From Vicinamibacteria bacterium (GTDB taxonomy: Bacteria; Acidobacteriota; Vicinamibacteria; Marinacidobacterales; Marinacidobacteraceae): a stretch of 64,000 nt of DNA. The notes below the pieces were generated by a model that saw only the letters and a program-made list of their open reading frames with translations, was not told the origin of the DNA and made no database searches. This document shows positions 1 through 10,020 of this stretch, in pieces (positions within the stretch are counted from its first letter, which is position 1; each line of letters starts with the position of its first letter). The stretch spans positions 1,056,001-1,120,000 of the forward strand of contig OZ219816.1 in NCBI GenBank assembly GCA_964291235.2, in the 5' to 3' direction. The translations under genes and the position numbers were made by a program.

Positions 1-1
1 C

Positions 2-310
2 CTGAATCAGGGAGAGGTGTACGAGCTCTACGCGCGCTCCGTCAGCCAGGGAGGCATCTTCGGGTTTGTGGAAATAGCGGATCTGATCTTCCGCGACGAG
101 ACGAAGAAGGTCATCGATCCTTCCCGTGAGCGGATCGCGAACGAGTTCAAGGGTGTCCCGCGGACTTTCGTGCCGCTCCACGCGGTACTCCGGATCGATC
201 AGGTCGAGCGGGAAGGGGAGGCCCGGATCACGCCCAACGCCGGTACGGCGCCGCGTGGCCAGGTGCGCCTCTTCCCGGCTCCGATACCCACGCCGGCCAC
301 CGACTCCTGA
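2..310 (+). CDS. DUF1820-family protein (5'-partial)
   Basis: Frame is open from the window edge (LNQGEVYELYARSVSQGGIFGFVEI...VIDPSRERIANEFKGVPRTFVPLHAVLRIDQVE), resembling DUF1820 proteins. Confidence 0.7.
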   Translation: MNQGEVYELYARSVSQGGIFGFVEIADLIFRDETKKVIDPSRERIANEFKGVPRTFVPLHAVLRIDQVEREGEARITPNAGTAPRGQVRLFPAPIPTPATDS

Positions 311-315
311 AACGC

Positions 316-2043
316 ATGGACCCATCCCGGCCGGCGGTTGCGGGGTTGGCCCTGGCGCTGCTCGGAGGCTTCGCCCCCGCCGCGCCGGCGATCATCCAGC
401 CGGCGCCGGCGATCACCCAGCCCGCCGCCTCCGCCGTCGATTCCGTCTTCGCGGCCTGGGACCGGCAGGACTCTCCCGGGTGCGCCGCTGGCGCTCTCCG
501 GCACGGCGAGTGGGTTTTCCGCAACGCCTACGGGATGGCCAACCTGGACCACGCGGTTCCGCTCACTCCCGACTCGATGTTCCGGATGGCCTCGGTGTCC
601 AAGCAGTTCACGGTCGCGGCCGTGCTGGTCGCCGAGAATCAGGGGCTCTTGTCGCTCGAGGATCCCCTCCGCAAGCACTTCCCCGATCTCCCGGGTTGGG
701 CCGACCCGGTCCGGATTCGGCATCTCGTGCACCACACGAGCGGGATCCGCGACTACCTGGTGGTCATGTCCCTGGGGGGTTTCGGGGATGACGCGCACTA
801 CACCGATGCCGACGTGCTCGCGGCGCTGCGCCGGCTCGAGCGGCTGAACTTCGACCCGGGCACTGAGTACCTCTACTCCAACTCGGGCTACTGGCTCCTC
901 GCCGAGCTGATCCCCCGGGTTTCCGGTCTGACGCTGCGGCAGTTCGCCGCGGAGCATCTCCTCGGGCCGGTGGGCATGAACAACAGCCACTTCCATGACC
1001 GCTACCGGGAAGTGGTTCCCGGGCGGGCCACCGGCTACCGGCCGCTTCCGGAAGCCGAGGGCGGCGGGTTCGAGGTGGATGCGACCACGCTCGAAATGGT
1101 CGGCGACGGCGGCCTCATGACGTCGGTCAACGAACTCGCACACTGGGAGAGGATGTTTCTCGATCCGGCGGTGCTCGGGCCCGAGCTGGTCGGACGCCTG
1201 CTGGAACCGGGGCGATTTCGTGACGGCTCGGTTCAGGACTACGCCGGCGGGCTCGTCCTCGGTGTGTACCGGGGTCTCCCCACCGTCTCTCACGGGGGTT
1301 CCTGGGTGGGCTTTCGGACCTACGCACTCCGCTTTCCCGAACAGGCGTTCGCGGTCTTCGTGCTCTGCAACTCCGCCGGCGCCGACCCCGGGGCGCTCTC
1401 GCGGCGGGTCGCTGATCTGTTCCTGGCGGATGCGCTGGCTCCCTCCCCGGAGGTTTCGGGTTCCGGTTCCACCGAAGACGCCGGGTTGGCGCCCGGCCAG
1501 TTCTGGGAATCCGGCTCAAGGTCGCTCGCGTCGGTCGAGCGACGGGATTCGGACGAGGGATCCGGCCTCGTGCTGGTCCGGGGCGCCACGCGAACCCCGT
1601 TGTCCCTGGTCGGAGGTGCGCTCTCCGGACTACTGGGAGATACTCGGTTTCATATCGAGCCGCTCTCGGGAAGTCTTTCCGACGGTTTCGCGCTCCGGCA
1701 GCCGGGACAGCGGGACTTCCACTACGTGCGTATCGAGGAATTCCGACGCGAGGAGGGGCAGCCCGCTTTCGCCGACCTGGTCGAGCTTGCCGGCGCCTAT
1801 CGCTGCCGGGAACTGGACGTCAGCTACGAAGTGCGGTTTGACGCGCGCCCCGGGCTCACGCTGGTGGGCCTCGGCGGGGAGCGGGCCCTGGAGCCGGTGT
1901 TCGTGGACCCGGAAGGACACGCACCGGTGTACGCCTGGGACCGGGGGACGGTACGGTTCCTGCCCGACCCGGGCGAGGCCCGCGCCCGCGCGTTCGAGTT
2001 GTCGGCGGGCCGGGCCCGGGGTTTCCTGTTCGTCCGCGAGTGA
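316..2043 (+). CDS. Exported serine hydrolase, beta-lactamase/PBP-like family
   Basis: Signal peptide; SxxK (ASVSKQF), YxN (YSNSGY) and HGG (SHGGSWVGF) motifs. Confidence 0.85.
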   Translation: MDPSRPAVAGLALALLGGFAPAAPAIIQPAPAITQPAASAVDSVFAAWDRQDSPGCAAGALRHGEWVFRNAYGMANLDHAVPLTPDSMFRMASVSKQFTVAAVLVAENQGLLSLEDPLRKHFPDLPGWADPVRIRHLVHHTSGIRDYLVVMSLGGFGDDAHYTDADVLAALRRLERLNFDPGTEYLYSNSGYWLLAELIPRVSGLTLRQFAAEHLLGPVGMNNSHFHDRYREVVPGRATGYRPLPEAEGGGFEVDATTLEMVGDGGLMTSVNELAHWERMFLDPAVLGPELVGRLLEPGRFRDGSVQDYAGGLVLGVYRGLPTVSHGGSWVGFRTYALRFPEQAFAVFVLCNSAGADPGALSRRVADLFLADALAPSPEVSGSGSTEDAGLAPGQFWESGSRSLASVERRDSDEGSGLVLVRGATRTPLSLVGGALSGLLGDTRFHIEPLSGSLSDGFALRQPGQRDFHYVRIEEFRREEGQPAFADLVELAGAYRCRELDVSYEVRFDARPGLTLVGLGGERALEPVFVDPEGHAPVYAWDRGTVRFLPDPGEARARAFELSAGRARGFLFVRE

Positions 2044-2202
2044 AGGAACCGTTTCGCCCGCTCTCGAATCCGCGGGCGCTGGCCGTTTATCGGCGGCCGC
2101 TACGGGCGTCCGGATGCTGGTAGCATGGCCGTCGCAGGCGGCAGGCGAGTTGCAGATTTCGTCGCGAAGCGGCGGGGCCGCGTGCTGAAGGGGAAAAGAC
2201 TC

Positions 2203-3366
2203 ATGTCGAAACAGACCACTCGTCGCGAAGTCCTCCGGGGCGGTGTCGCGCTGGCCGGGCTCGGGACCCTCGGCGTGCCGGAATGGGCGTTTCCCGCACT
2301 CGCGCAGGGCGAGGAACTCGTCGAGTTCACCGACTTGCCGGACGAGATCGTGCTCGCGCCGACGCCGGACCGCCGCATCATTGACGTCCGGAACATCGAC
2401 GGCTCGATCACGCCGGCCGACCAGTGGTTCACCACCCAGCACTACGGCCATCCGGAGGTCGATCCGGACACCTACCAGTTGAAGGTGTCGGGCATGGTGA
2501 ACACCACGTTGAACCTGTCGCTGGCCGACCTCCGGGCGATGCCCAGCCGGGAGCTGGTGTTCGGGTTCGAGTGCTCGGGCAACCGGGGTCCGTTGAACGG
2601 GCTGTCGAGTAACGGGCGCTGGACCGGCGTCCCGCTACGGGCGGTCCTCGAGCGGGCGGGCGTTATGGATCGCGCCCGTGAGGTCGTCTTCTTCGGGGCC
2701 GATCACGGCGAGGAAGAGGTCGTGTTCCGGGGCCGGACCTACAACGTCGAACAGCAGTACGGCCGCAGTCTGACGCGGGACAAGGCGCTCTCGGACGAGC
2801 CGCTGCTGGCGTACGCGCTGAACGGCGAGCCGCTGAGCGTGCACCAGGGCCGTCCGCTCCGGCTGCTGGTCCCCGGCTGGTACGGCGCGCCGAACGTCAA
2901 GTTCCTCTCCGAGATCCATGTGCAGGAAGACCCCTATCTCGGCAAGTACCAGGCGCGCTGGTACCGCACCCTGAAGGGGGAGATGATCAACGGCGAGATG
3001 AAGTGGGTTGAGACCGCGATCACGAAGATGCGGCTGAAGTCGTACATTGCCCGGGTGACGAAGGTGGGCGACCACCACCGCGTCTTCGGGGTGATCCTGC
3101 ACGACGGCACGCCCATTGAGTCGGTCGAAGTGCAGGTGGACGACGGTCCGTGGCAGGCCGCCACCCTCGACCCCGGTATGACCGAGAAGTACTCGTGGAA
3201 GTTCTTCACCTACGACTGGCACGGGGCGACGCCGGGCGAGCACACCGTCACCTCGCGCGCCTCCGACGCGAGTGGCTATCGGCAGCCGACCGCCGAGGAA
3301 CTCGAGGTCAAGCACACGTTCCTCGAGCAGAACAACCAACATCCGCGGACGCTGATCATCGCCTGA
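2203..3366 (+). CDS. Tat-exported molybdopterin-dependent oxidoreductase, sulfite oxidase family
   Basis: TRREVL twin-arginine leader after ATG 2203; Mo-ligand Cys in FECSGN; WTGVPL, LNGEPL..HQGRPLRLLVPGWYG motifs; C-terminal Ig-like dimerisation domain. Confidence 0.85.
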   Translation: MSKQTTRREVLRGGVALAGLGTLGVPEWAFPALAQGEELVEFTDLPDEIVLAPTPDRRIIDVRNIDGSITPADQWFTTQHYGHPEVDPDTYQLKVSGMVNTTLNLSLADLRAMPSRELVFGFECSGNRGPLNGLSSNGRWTGVPLRAVLERAGVMDRAREVVFFGADHGEEEVVFRGRTYNVEQQYGRSLTRDKALSDEPLLAYALNGEPLSVHQGRPLRLLVPGWYGAPNVKFLSEIHVQEDPYLGKYQARWYRTLKGEMINGEMKWVETAITKMRLKSYIARVTKVGDHHRVFGVILHDGTPIESVEVQVDDGPWQAATLDPGMTEKYSWKFFTYDWHGATPGEHTVTSRASDASGYRQPTAEELEVKHTFLEQNNQHPRTLIIA

Positions 3367-3385
3367 CGGCGCGCGCCGGCGCTGG

Positions 3386-3823
3386 GTGCCCTTCCGACCG
3401 CCCGCGAATCCACGGGCGCTGGCAGCGTTCCTGGCGCGGACGCTGTTGGGCCTGATCTTTCTGATGGCGGGCTGGTGGAAGGTGTTCAGTCTGGGGCCGG
3501 TGGAACACGCTCGGTCTTTCTTCGTGCAGCCGTACGCGGACACCTGGCTGCCGGAGCTGGCGCTGTGGGCGACGGGGACGGCGGTACCGTTCGTGGAGCT
3601 CCTGGCTGGAGGTTTGCTGCTGGTCGGCTGGTTCCGCTGGCCTGCGGCGCTCGGACTGGGCGGGGTACTGGTCCTCGTCACCTTCGGGCATCTGCTGGCG
3701 GAGCCGCTCTTTGCGTTCAACGCGCATGTGATCCCGCGCACGGTGTTGCTGATCGTGGTGCTCGTGCTCTTCGAAGAGGACCAATGGAGCGTGGACGGGT
3801 GGCTGCGGCGCCGCGCCGGCTGA
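3386..3823 (+). CDS. DoxX-family membrane protein
   Basis: Four hydrophobic segments; ARTLLGLIFLMAGWWK, PFVELLAGGLLLVG, and C-terminal WSVD. Confidence 0.75.
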   Translation: MPFRPPANPRALAAFLARTLLGLIFLMAGWWKVFSLGPVEHARSFFVQPYADTWLPELALWATGTAVPFVELLAGGLLLVGWFRWPAALGLGGVLVLVTFGHLLAEPLFAFNAHVIPRTVLLIVVLVLFEEDQWSVDGWLRRRAG

Positions 3824-3904
3824 CCGGAGCGGCCCGCGCCGGCTCCCCCGCCGGTATTCTTGGCAGCCTGCGGAGCGCGTGCGCCCCGCTGCCTCTTTCC
3901 ATCC

Positions 3905-3930
3905 CAAGATTCGACAACAAGATTCGACAA
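3905..3930. repeat. 13-bp perfect tandem direct repeat (caagattcgacaa x2)
   Basis: Directly visible, 18 bp upstream of the ATG at 3949. Confidence 0.85.
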
Positions 3931-3948
3931 GGCGCGACCGTTCCTGCC

Positions 3949-6543
3949 ATGACCAACACCTCCACTCTCCGGATCCCGCGCCGGGGCGCCGTTCGCGCCC
4001 TCCGTGCTCTCGGCCTCTCGGCGCTCCTTGCCGCCGGGAGCCTCGCTACCCAGGCCGCCGCCCAAATCCCTACGCCCGAGGAGTTCTTCGGGCACCGGAT
4101 GGGCGCGGACCGCCAACTCGCCAAGTGGGACCGGCTCGTCGAGTACTACGAACTCATCGGCCAGGCGAGCGACCGGGTCCGGGTCGAGAACGTGGGCTCC
4201 TCGACGCTGGGGCGTCCCTTTCTCGTGTTGTATGTCTCCTCTCCGGAGAACCTGGCCCGGCTCGACGACTACCAACGGATGAACGCGGTCCTGCAGGATC
4301 CGCGGGGACATTCGCAGGCGGCGGTCGACGAGGCCATCGCGGAGGGCAAGGTGGTCTTCGTCCAGGGCTACGCGCTCCACTCGACGGAGGTCGCTGCCAG
4401 CCAGGCGGCGGCGGAGATCGTCTGGCTGTTCGCCACCCGGGCCGATCCGGAGATTCACGAGATCCTCGACAACACCATCTCGATCCTTGTTCCCTCCATG
4501 AATCCGGACGGAGTGGATCTGGTCAACGAGTGGTACGACCGGTGGGTGGGGACCGAATACGAGGCGGCCCAGCCACCGGGGCTCTACCACCACTACATCG
4601 GCCACGACAACAACCGCGATGCCTTCATGCAGAACACCGTGGAGTCGCGCTACGTAGCCGACATTCTCTTTCGGAAGTGGATCCCCCAAGGATTCATCGA
4701 CCACCACCAGATGGGGGCCTACACGGCGCGCATCTACCTGCCGCCCTACGCCGAGCCCATCCGTCCCGGAGCGGACCCGCTCGTCTGGCGGGAGATGTCC
4801 TGGTACGGCGCGCACATGGCCTACCGCATGGAGGAAGAGGGCTTCGAGGGGACGGTGAACTCCGCGATCTACTCGGGCTGGGGGCACTTCGGGTTCCACT
4901 GGATTACCCCCTTCCACAACATCGCCGGAATGCTCACCGAGTCGGCCAGCGCGCGGCTCGCGACCCCGCTCTACGTGCATCCGGACCAACTCCGCGGTTC
5001 GCGCCAGCTCCCGGAATATGAAGCGCAGACCACGTTCCCGAACCCCTGGCCCGGCGGCTGGTGGCACGTGCGCGACATCGTGGACCGGCAGATCTCGGCC
5101 ACCTTCTCGCCGCTCGAGATCGCGGCCCGGAATCGCGAGACCGTCCTGCGGAATGCCTGGCACAAGGCCAGCCGCCAGACGCAGCGGGGCGCCGAGGGCG
5201 AGGTGAAGGCATACATCGTGCCGGCGAGCCAGCACGACCCGCTGACCATGGGCAAGATGGTGGACAAGCTGCTTCTGCAAGGGATCACGGTGGAGCATTC
5301 GGCCACGGGGTTCACCCACGAGGGCCGGATGTACGGGCCGGGAAGCTGGGTGGTCTCGATGGCCCAGCCGAAACAGGGTGTCATCCGCTGGTTGCTGGGA
5401 CGGACCCTCTACCCGGACAACTCCTATACCCGGAACCGCGACGGCAATCCGATCCGTCCCTACGACATGTCCGGTGACGTGATCGCGGAGTTCATGGGCG
5501 TGCGCGTGGACGAGGCGCGCACGCCGGTCGAAACCGAACTCGAGGCGGTCGCCGAGCGGACACTGTCCGCGGGCGGGGTCGCGTCCACGGCGCCAAACGG
5601 GTACCGCGTTGACGGCGCGCTGAACGACGCCTTCCGCGCGGTGAACGTGCTCTTCGGGGCCGGGGCGTCCGTCAGCCGCGTCACCGGGGACGCAGCGGGG
5701 GCGAAGCGCGGTGACTTCATCGTTGCGTCCGGGGTCGCTCGGGAAACGCTGAACGAGGTGGCGGAGGCCACCGGGGTCAGCTTCGGCGCGCTCGACGGCG
5801 ATGTCGGCTCACAGTCCCTGTCGCAACAGCGGATCGGTATGTACCAGCGCTACTACGGCGGCAACATGGACGAGGGCTGGACCCGCTGGCTCCTCGAGGA
5901 TTTCGGTTTCGAGTACACGAGCCTCTTCGACCCGGAGATCCTCGCGGGCGACCTTCACGAGCGCTGGGACGTGATCGTGCTGCCCGCCGACTCGAAGGAG
6001 GGGATGCTCGGGCGAGAGGATCCCGGACAGACGCCGCCCGACTACCAGAGCGGTTTCGGGAAGGAGGGCACCGAGGCGCTCGAGGCGTTCGTAAAGAACG
6101 GGGGCACCCTCGTGACCTTCGCGCAGGCCGGACAGCTCGTACTAGACGAGTTCGACGTTCCAGTCCGCGACGCCGTTGCCGGCAAGTGGGGGGACGAATT
6201 CTGGGCGCCGGGCTCGACGCTCAAGGTGAAGGTGGACACGTCGAGTCCGTTCGCCTACGGGATGCCGGAGGATGCGCTGGTGGCTTACCTCGCGGGCGGG
6301 CAGGTGTACGAGACCATCGCGGGGGCGCGCAGCGCCGACGTGCGGCGCGTACTGACCTACGTGGAGCGCGATCTCCTGCAGAGCGGCTGGCTGCTCGGCG
6401 AGGACGAGATCGCGAACAAGGCCGCCATGGTGTCGGTGGACCACGGGGAGGGGAAGGTCGTGATGATCGGCTTCCGCGCCCAGCACCGCGCCCAGACCCA
6501 CGGCACCTTCAAGCTGTTCTTCAACGCCCTGGTCGGCGAGTAG
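3949..6543 (+). CDS. Exported M14-family zinc carboxypeptidase with C-terminal GATase-like domain
   Basis: Signal peptide; LHSTE, NPDG, DNNRD, DHHQ motifs; C-terminal MDEGWTRWLLE...GGTLV; paralog at 13577. Confidence 0.85.
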   Translation: MTNTSTLRIPRRGAVRALRALGLSALLAAGSLATQAAAQIPTPEEFFGHRMGADRQLAKWDRLVEYYELIGQASDRVRVENVGSSTLGRPFLVLYVSSPENLARLDDYQRMNAVLQDPRGHSQAAVDEAIAEGKVVFVQGYALHSTEVAASQAAAEIVWLFATRADPEIHEILDNTISILVPSMNPDGVDLVNEWYDRWVGTEYEAAQPPGLYHHYIGHDNNRDAFMQNTVESRYVADILFRKWIPQGFIDHHQMGAYTARIYLPPYAEPIRPGADPLVWREMSWYGAHMAYRMEEEGFEGTVNSAIYSGWGHFGFHWITPFHNIAGMLTESASARLATPLYVHPDQLRGSRQLPEYEAQTTFPNPWPGGWWHVRDIVDRQISATFSPLEIAARNRETVLRNAWHKASRQTQRGAEGEVKAYIVPASQHDPLTMGKMVDKLLLQGITVEHSATGFTHEGRMYGPGSWVVSMAQPKQGVIRWLLGRTLYPDNSYTRNRDGNPIRPYDMSGDVIAEFMGVRVDEARTPVETELEAVAERTLSAGGVASTAPNGYRVDGALNDAFRAVNVLFGAGASVSRVTGDAAGAKRGDFIVASGVARETLNEVAEATGVSFGALDGDVGSQSLSQQRIGMYQRYYGGNMDEGWTRWLLEDFGFEYTSLFDPEILAGDLHERWDVIVLPADSKEGMLGREDPGQTPPDYQSGFGKEGTEALEAFVKNGGTLVTFAQAGQLVLDEFDVPVRDAVAGKWGDEFWAPGSTLKVKVDTSSPFAYGMPEDALVAYLAGGQVYETIAGARSADVRRVLTYVERDLLQSGWLLGEDEIANKAAMVSVDHGEGKVVMIGFRAQHRAQTHGTFKLFFNALVGE

Positions 6544-6559
6544 GCCGGGAGGGCCGGCA

Positions 6560-6581
6560 GGAGCGCCGGCCTCCGGCCGGC
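6560..6581 (+). repeat. REP-like palindrome GGAGC-GCCGGCCTCCGGCCGGC
   Basis: Hairpin just after the stop codon; same family as 51376-51397, 51564-51585 and the palindromes in the 6.8-7.3 kb array. Confidence 0.65.
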
Positions 6582-6759
6582 ATCGTCCCCCGGAGGGGGA
6601 CGAAACGCGTATCGGTGCTCAGCCGCACGGCGCGCCGGTACCAGAGGCGTTTCCCCGTCGACGTCTGGCTGGGGCTGAGCGCCGGATGAGACGCGTGAGT
6701 TTCGCGGCCTGCGGCCGCGATGTCGGCCTGGAGGCCGACCCAGTCCTCCGAGTGGGGTT

Positions 6760-7365
6760 CCCGTGCGTGTGCGACATCAAGGCCGGTGCGGGTTTTCGCC
6801 GAGAGGGGAGTCATCCTGACGGATGGGGTTTTCGCCGAGAGGGGAGTCATCCTGACGGATGGGGTCTGCGCCGACGCGGGCCTGCGGCCCGCTGTGCCGA
6901 CCTGGAGGTCGGCGTTCCCGTGCCTGTGCGACATCAAGGCCGGTGGGGGTTTTCGCCGAGAGGGGAGTCATCCTGACGGACGGGGTCTGCGCCGACGCGG
7001 GCCTGCGGCCCGCTGTGCCGACCTGGAGGTCGGCGTTCCCGTGCCGGTGCGACATCAAGGCCGGTGGGGGTTTTCGCCGAGAGGGGAGTCATCCTGGCAG
7101 ATGGAGTCTGCGCCGACGCGGGCCTGCGGCCCGCTGTGCCGACCTGGAGGTCGGCGTTCCCGTGCCGGTGCGACATCAAGGCCGGTGGGGGTTTTCGCCG
7201 AGAGGGGAGTCATCCTGGCAGATGGGGTCTGCGCCGACGCAAGCCTGCGGCCCGCTGTGCCGACCTGGAGGTCGGCGTTCCCGTGCGTGTGCGACACCAC
7301 GGCTGTTGGCGTCGAGGCCGAGAGGGGAACCATCCTGACAGAGGTTTGTGCCGACGCCTGCCTCC
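6760..7365. repeat. Tandem array of about 121-bp units, each with a REP-like palindrome (BIME-like)
   Basis: Units start with cgaca at 6772, 6929, 7050, 7171 and 7292 (last degenerate). Period is 121 bp; the first unit has an extra 36-bp internal duplication. Palindrome gccgacctggaggtcggc at 6896, 7017, 7138 and 7259. Lies between convergent genes. Confidence 0.9.
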
Positions 7366-7380
7366 GGCGGGCTGTCCGGG

Positions 7381-8373
7381 CTACGCCGGGATGGGTTCGG
7401 CGGCGACCGCGGTCCGGTCCTGGTGTTCGAGGATCCAGTGGCAGGTCTGGGCGAGCCCCTCGTCGAGCGAGGTGGCAGGAGTCCAGCCGAGGCGACGGAT
7501 CCGCGTGGTGTCCATGCTGTAGCGGCGGTCGTGTCCGGGACGATCGGCCACGTGGGCGATGCGGCCCCTCGCGCCACGGGCATCTTCCGCGAGATCCAGA
7601 ATGCGGCCCGCCATGTCCAGGTTGGTTCTGCGGTCTCCGCTGCCGACGTTGTAGATCGTGCCCGGCACGCCGGCGCGGAGAAGCAGCTCCAGGGCCGCGC
7701 AGTGGTCCGCCACAAACAGCCAGTCGCGCACCTGGCGTCCGTCCCCGTACAGCGGAAGCGCTTCCCCGGCGAGCGCCTTCTGGAAGAAGGTGGGGGTCAT
7801 CTTCTCGTGGTGCTGGCGCGGGCCGTAGGTGTTGGCGCCGCGGCTGATGATCACTGGCAGGCCGTGGGTGGCGCGGTAGGCGAGCGCCAGCAGATCGGCG
7901 CCGGCCTTGCTGGCGGCATAGGGGTTCTGGGGCGCGAGGGGCGCCTCCTCGTCGGCATCGCCTTCGAGAATCTCTCCGTACACCTCATCCGTCGAGACCT
8001 GCAGGAGGAGCTTTCCGCGTCCTGACCGCCGGAACCCTTCCAGCAGCACCGCGGTTCCCAGGGTGTCGGTGCGGGCGAAGGCCTCGCCATCGAGAATGGC
8101 GCGGTCCACGTGGGTTTCGGCGGCGAAATTGATGATGAAATCCGCCTGGGCGGCAAGCGGCTCGCTCACCGCGTGGTCGCAGATATCCCCGTGGATGAAC
8201 TCGTGCCGGGGATCGGTGAGGGCGGCCGCGAGATTGTCGAGAGACCCGGCGTAGGTCAGCTTGTCCAGGGTGAGAACCCGGCACTCCGGATAGCGGGCCA
8301 GCAGCAGGTCCACGAAATGGCTGCCGATGAAGCCGGCGCCGCCGGGAACCAGGAAGGTGGGGCTTGGGAGCAT
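7381..8373 (-). CDS. rfbB: dTDP-glucose 4,6-dehydratase
   Basis: GGAGFIGSHF, DKLTYAG, NFAAETHVDR, VSTDEVYG, YAASKA, DRPGHDRRY motifs. Confidence 0.92.
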   Translation of the reverse strand: MLPSPTFLVPGGAGFIGSHFVDLLLARYPECRVLTLDKLTYAGSLDNLAAALTDPRHEFIHGDICDHAVSEPLAAQADFIINFAAETHVDRAILDGEAFARTDTLGTAVLLEGFRRSGRGKLLLQVSTDEVYGEILEGDADEEAPLAPQNPYAASKAGADLLALAYRATHGLPVIISRGANTYGPRQHHEKMTPTFFQKALAGEALPLYGDGRQVRDWLFVADHCAALELLLRAGVPGTIYNVGSGDRRTNLDMAGRILDLAEDARGARGRIAHVADRPGHDRRYSMDTTRIRRLGWTPATSLDEGLAQTCHWILEHQDRTAVAAEPIPA

Positions 8374-8412
8374 CGGGCGTGGAATCGGCAATTGTGGCGG
8401 GTCGGGAGCTGA

Positions 8413-9423
8413 TCAGGCGATCCGGATGATGATTTTGCCGAAATGGGCTCCCTTTTCCATGCGGTCGAGCGCCGCGGGGAGTTCGGCAAGGGGACGGTGG
8501 CTGTCGAGGACGGGCCGCACGCTGCTTGTTTCGAGAAAGCCCACCAGGTCCCGGAGCGCCCGCCGGCAGTCGGTCATGATTCCCGCGATCCGGATCCGCC
8601 GCATCACGACCGGCGCGAACTGGACCGGGGCCTCGAGCCCGGTGAGGGCGCCGAGCATCGCCACCGTGCCCCCGGCGGCGGTGGCCCGGATGGACTGGTT
8701 CAGGGTGCCGGCACCGCCGTTTTCGACCACCAGGTCCGCACCTTCCCCGCCGGTGGCCTCCCGCACCGCCTTCTCCCAGGCCGGTGTCTCCAACCGGTGA
8801 ATCCCCACGTCGGCGCCCAGGGCGCGCGCCCGGTCCAGCTTGTCGTGGGAGGAGGAGGTGATGATCACCCGGGCTCCGAGTGCCTTGGCGAGCTGGAGGG
8901 CGAAGACGGAGACCCCGCCCGTGCCGAGCGTGAGCACGGTCTGACCCGCCTGCACTGGCCCTTCGGTGACGAGGGCGCTCCACGCGGTGACGGCGGCGAT
9001 CGGGAGCGCGGCGGCTTCCTCGTGGCTCCAGCCGGACGGGGCGTGGCAGAGCGCGGCTTCGGGCAGCACGACCTGCTCCTGAGCCATGCCCGGGCCCGGT
9101 CCGCCCAGCGTGGCCCGCGAGTACTCGCGCCGGAAGCGGCCATCCTCCCAGCCCACCACAGGGTGGGTGATCACCGGATCTCCCGGAGCGAAGGCCGTGA
9201 CCCCCCTCCCGACCTCGAGGACTTCGCCCGCCCCGTCGCTCACCGGAACCTGGGGCAGGGGGAGCCGGGGGTTGTAGAGCCCCTTCAGAATGAGGAGATC
9301 GCGGTAGTTCAGCGAGGCCGCCCGAAGTCCCAGCAGGACCTCGCCCGGCCCGGGCGCCTCCGGCGAGTACTCCTCGAAGCGCAGATTTTCGGCGCCAAAC
9401 CGATGGAACACCCAGCGCTTCAC
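8413..9423 (-). CDS. NAD(P)-dependent alcohol dehydrogenase/quinone oxidoreductase (MDR family)
   Basis: AASLNYRDL, PVSDGAGEV, GTGGVS, GAHFGKIII motifs; GTG start chosen (VKRWVF). Confidence 0.85.
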   Translation of the reverse strand: MKRWVFHRFGAENLRFEEYSPEAPGPGEVLLGLRAASLNYRDLLILKGLYNPRLPLPQVPVSDGAGEVLEVGRGVTAFAPGDPVITHPVVGWEDGRFRREYSRATLGGPGPGMAQEQVVLPEAALCHAPSGWSHEEAAALPIAAVTAWSALVTEGPVQAGQTVLTLGTGGVSVFALQLAKALGARVIITSSSHDKLDRARALGADVGIHRLETPAWEKAVREATGGEGADLVVENGGAGTLNQSIRATAAGGTVAMLGALTGLEAPVQFAPVVMRRIRIAGIMTDCRRALRDLVGFLETSSVRPVLDSHRPLAELPAALDRMEKGAHFGKIIIRIA

Positions 9424-9509
9424 GGGCGGCAGTGTACCGAGCCAGGCTGCCAAAACGGCCCCTCTCTTGCGGCCGCTGCGGCGCCTGCGGACTGCTAATG
9501 TTCGTTCGC

Positions 9510-9965
9510 ATGTCCGAGGGCACCCTCTTCGACCGGATCATCCGAGGCGAACTGCCGAGTCATCGCGTGTATGAAGACGACGCGGTATGCGCGTTCCTCG
9601 ACATCGGCCCGCAGAGTGGCGGACACCTGCTGGTGGTTCCCCGGGAGAGCAAGGAATCCCTCGGCGACCTCTCGGACGATTCCGCGGCGGCCATCGGGAG
9701 AGTGCTGCCCCGGATTTGCCGGGCCGTCGCGAAAGCGACCGGCACCCCGCACTGCAATGTCCTCCTGAACAACGGTCGGCCCGCCGGACAGGCGGTTCCG
9801 CACGTACACTTCCACGTCATCCCCGCCTACGGTCGCCGGAGCGGGCCGGGGCAGGGGCTTCACACGGTCTGGCGGCCGGGATCACTCGGCGCCGCCGAAG
9901 GAGAGCGGATCTCGGCCGGGATTCGCGAGGCCCTCGCCACGGATTCGGCGGACCTCGCTCCCTGA
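9510..9965 (+). CDS. HIT-family (histidine triad) nucleotide hydrolase
   Basis: TLFDRIIRGELP, AFLDIGP..GHLLVVP, AGQAVPHVHFHVIP. Confidence 0.9.
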   Translation: MSEGTLFDRIIRGELPSHRVYEDDAVCAFLDIGPQSGGHLLVVPRESKESLGDLSDDSAAAIGRVLPRICRAVAKATGTPHCNVLLNNGRPAGQAVPHVHFHVIPAYGRRSGPGQGLHTVWRPGSLGAAEGERISAGIREALATDSADLAP

Positions 9966-10020
9966 ATCCACCCTAACCGCCACTGGGCTCCACGGCCGGG
10001 TGGCTCCCGCAGCGAACACG

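Noticed and set aside
6760-7365. CRISPR array
   Set aside because: Whole 121-bp units are near-identical with no unique spacers, and there are no cas genes in the window.
6521-7847. ORFs across the tandem array
   Set aside because: Translations of the repeat in several frames; no start signals or protein-like character.
9966-10020. ilv attenuator/leader peptide
   Set aside because: Gap of only about 55 bp with no Ile/Leu/Val-rich leader or terminator.
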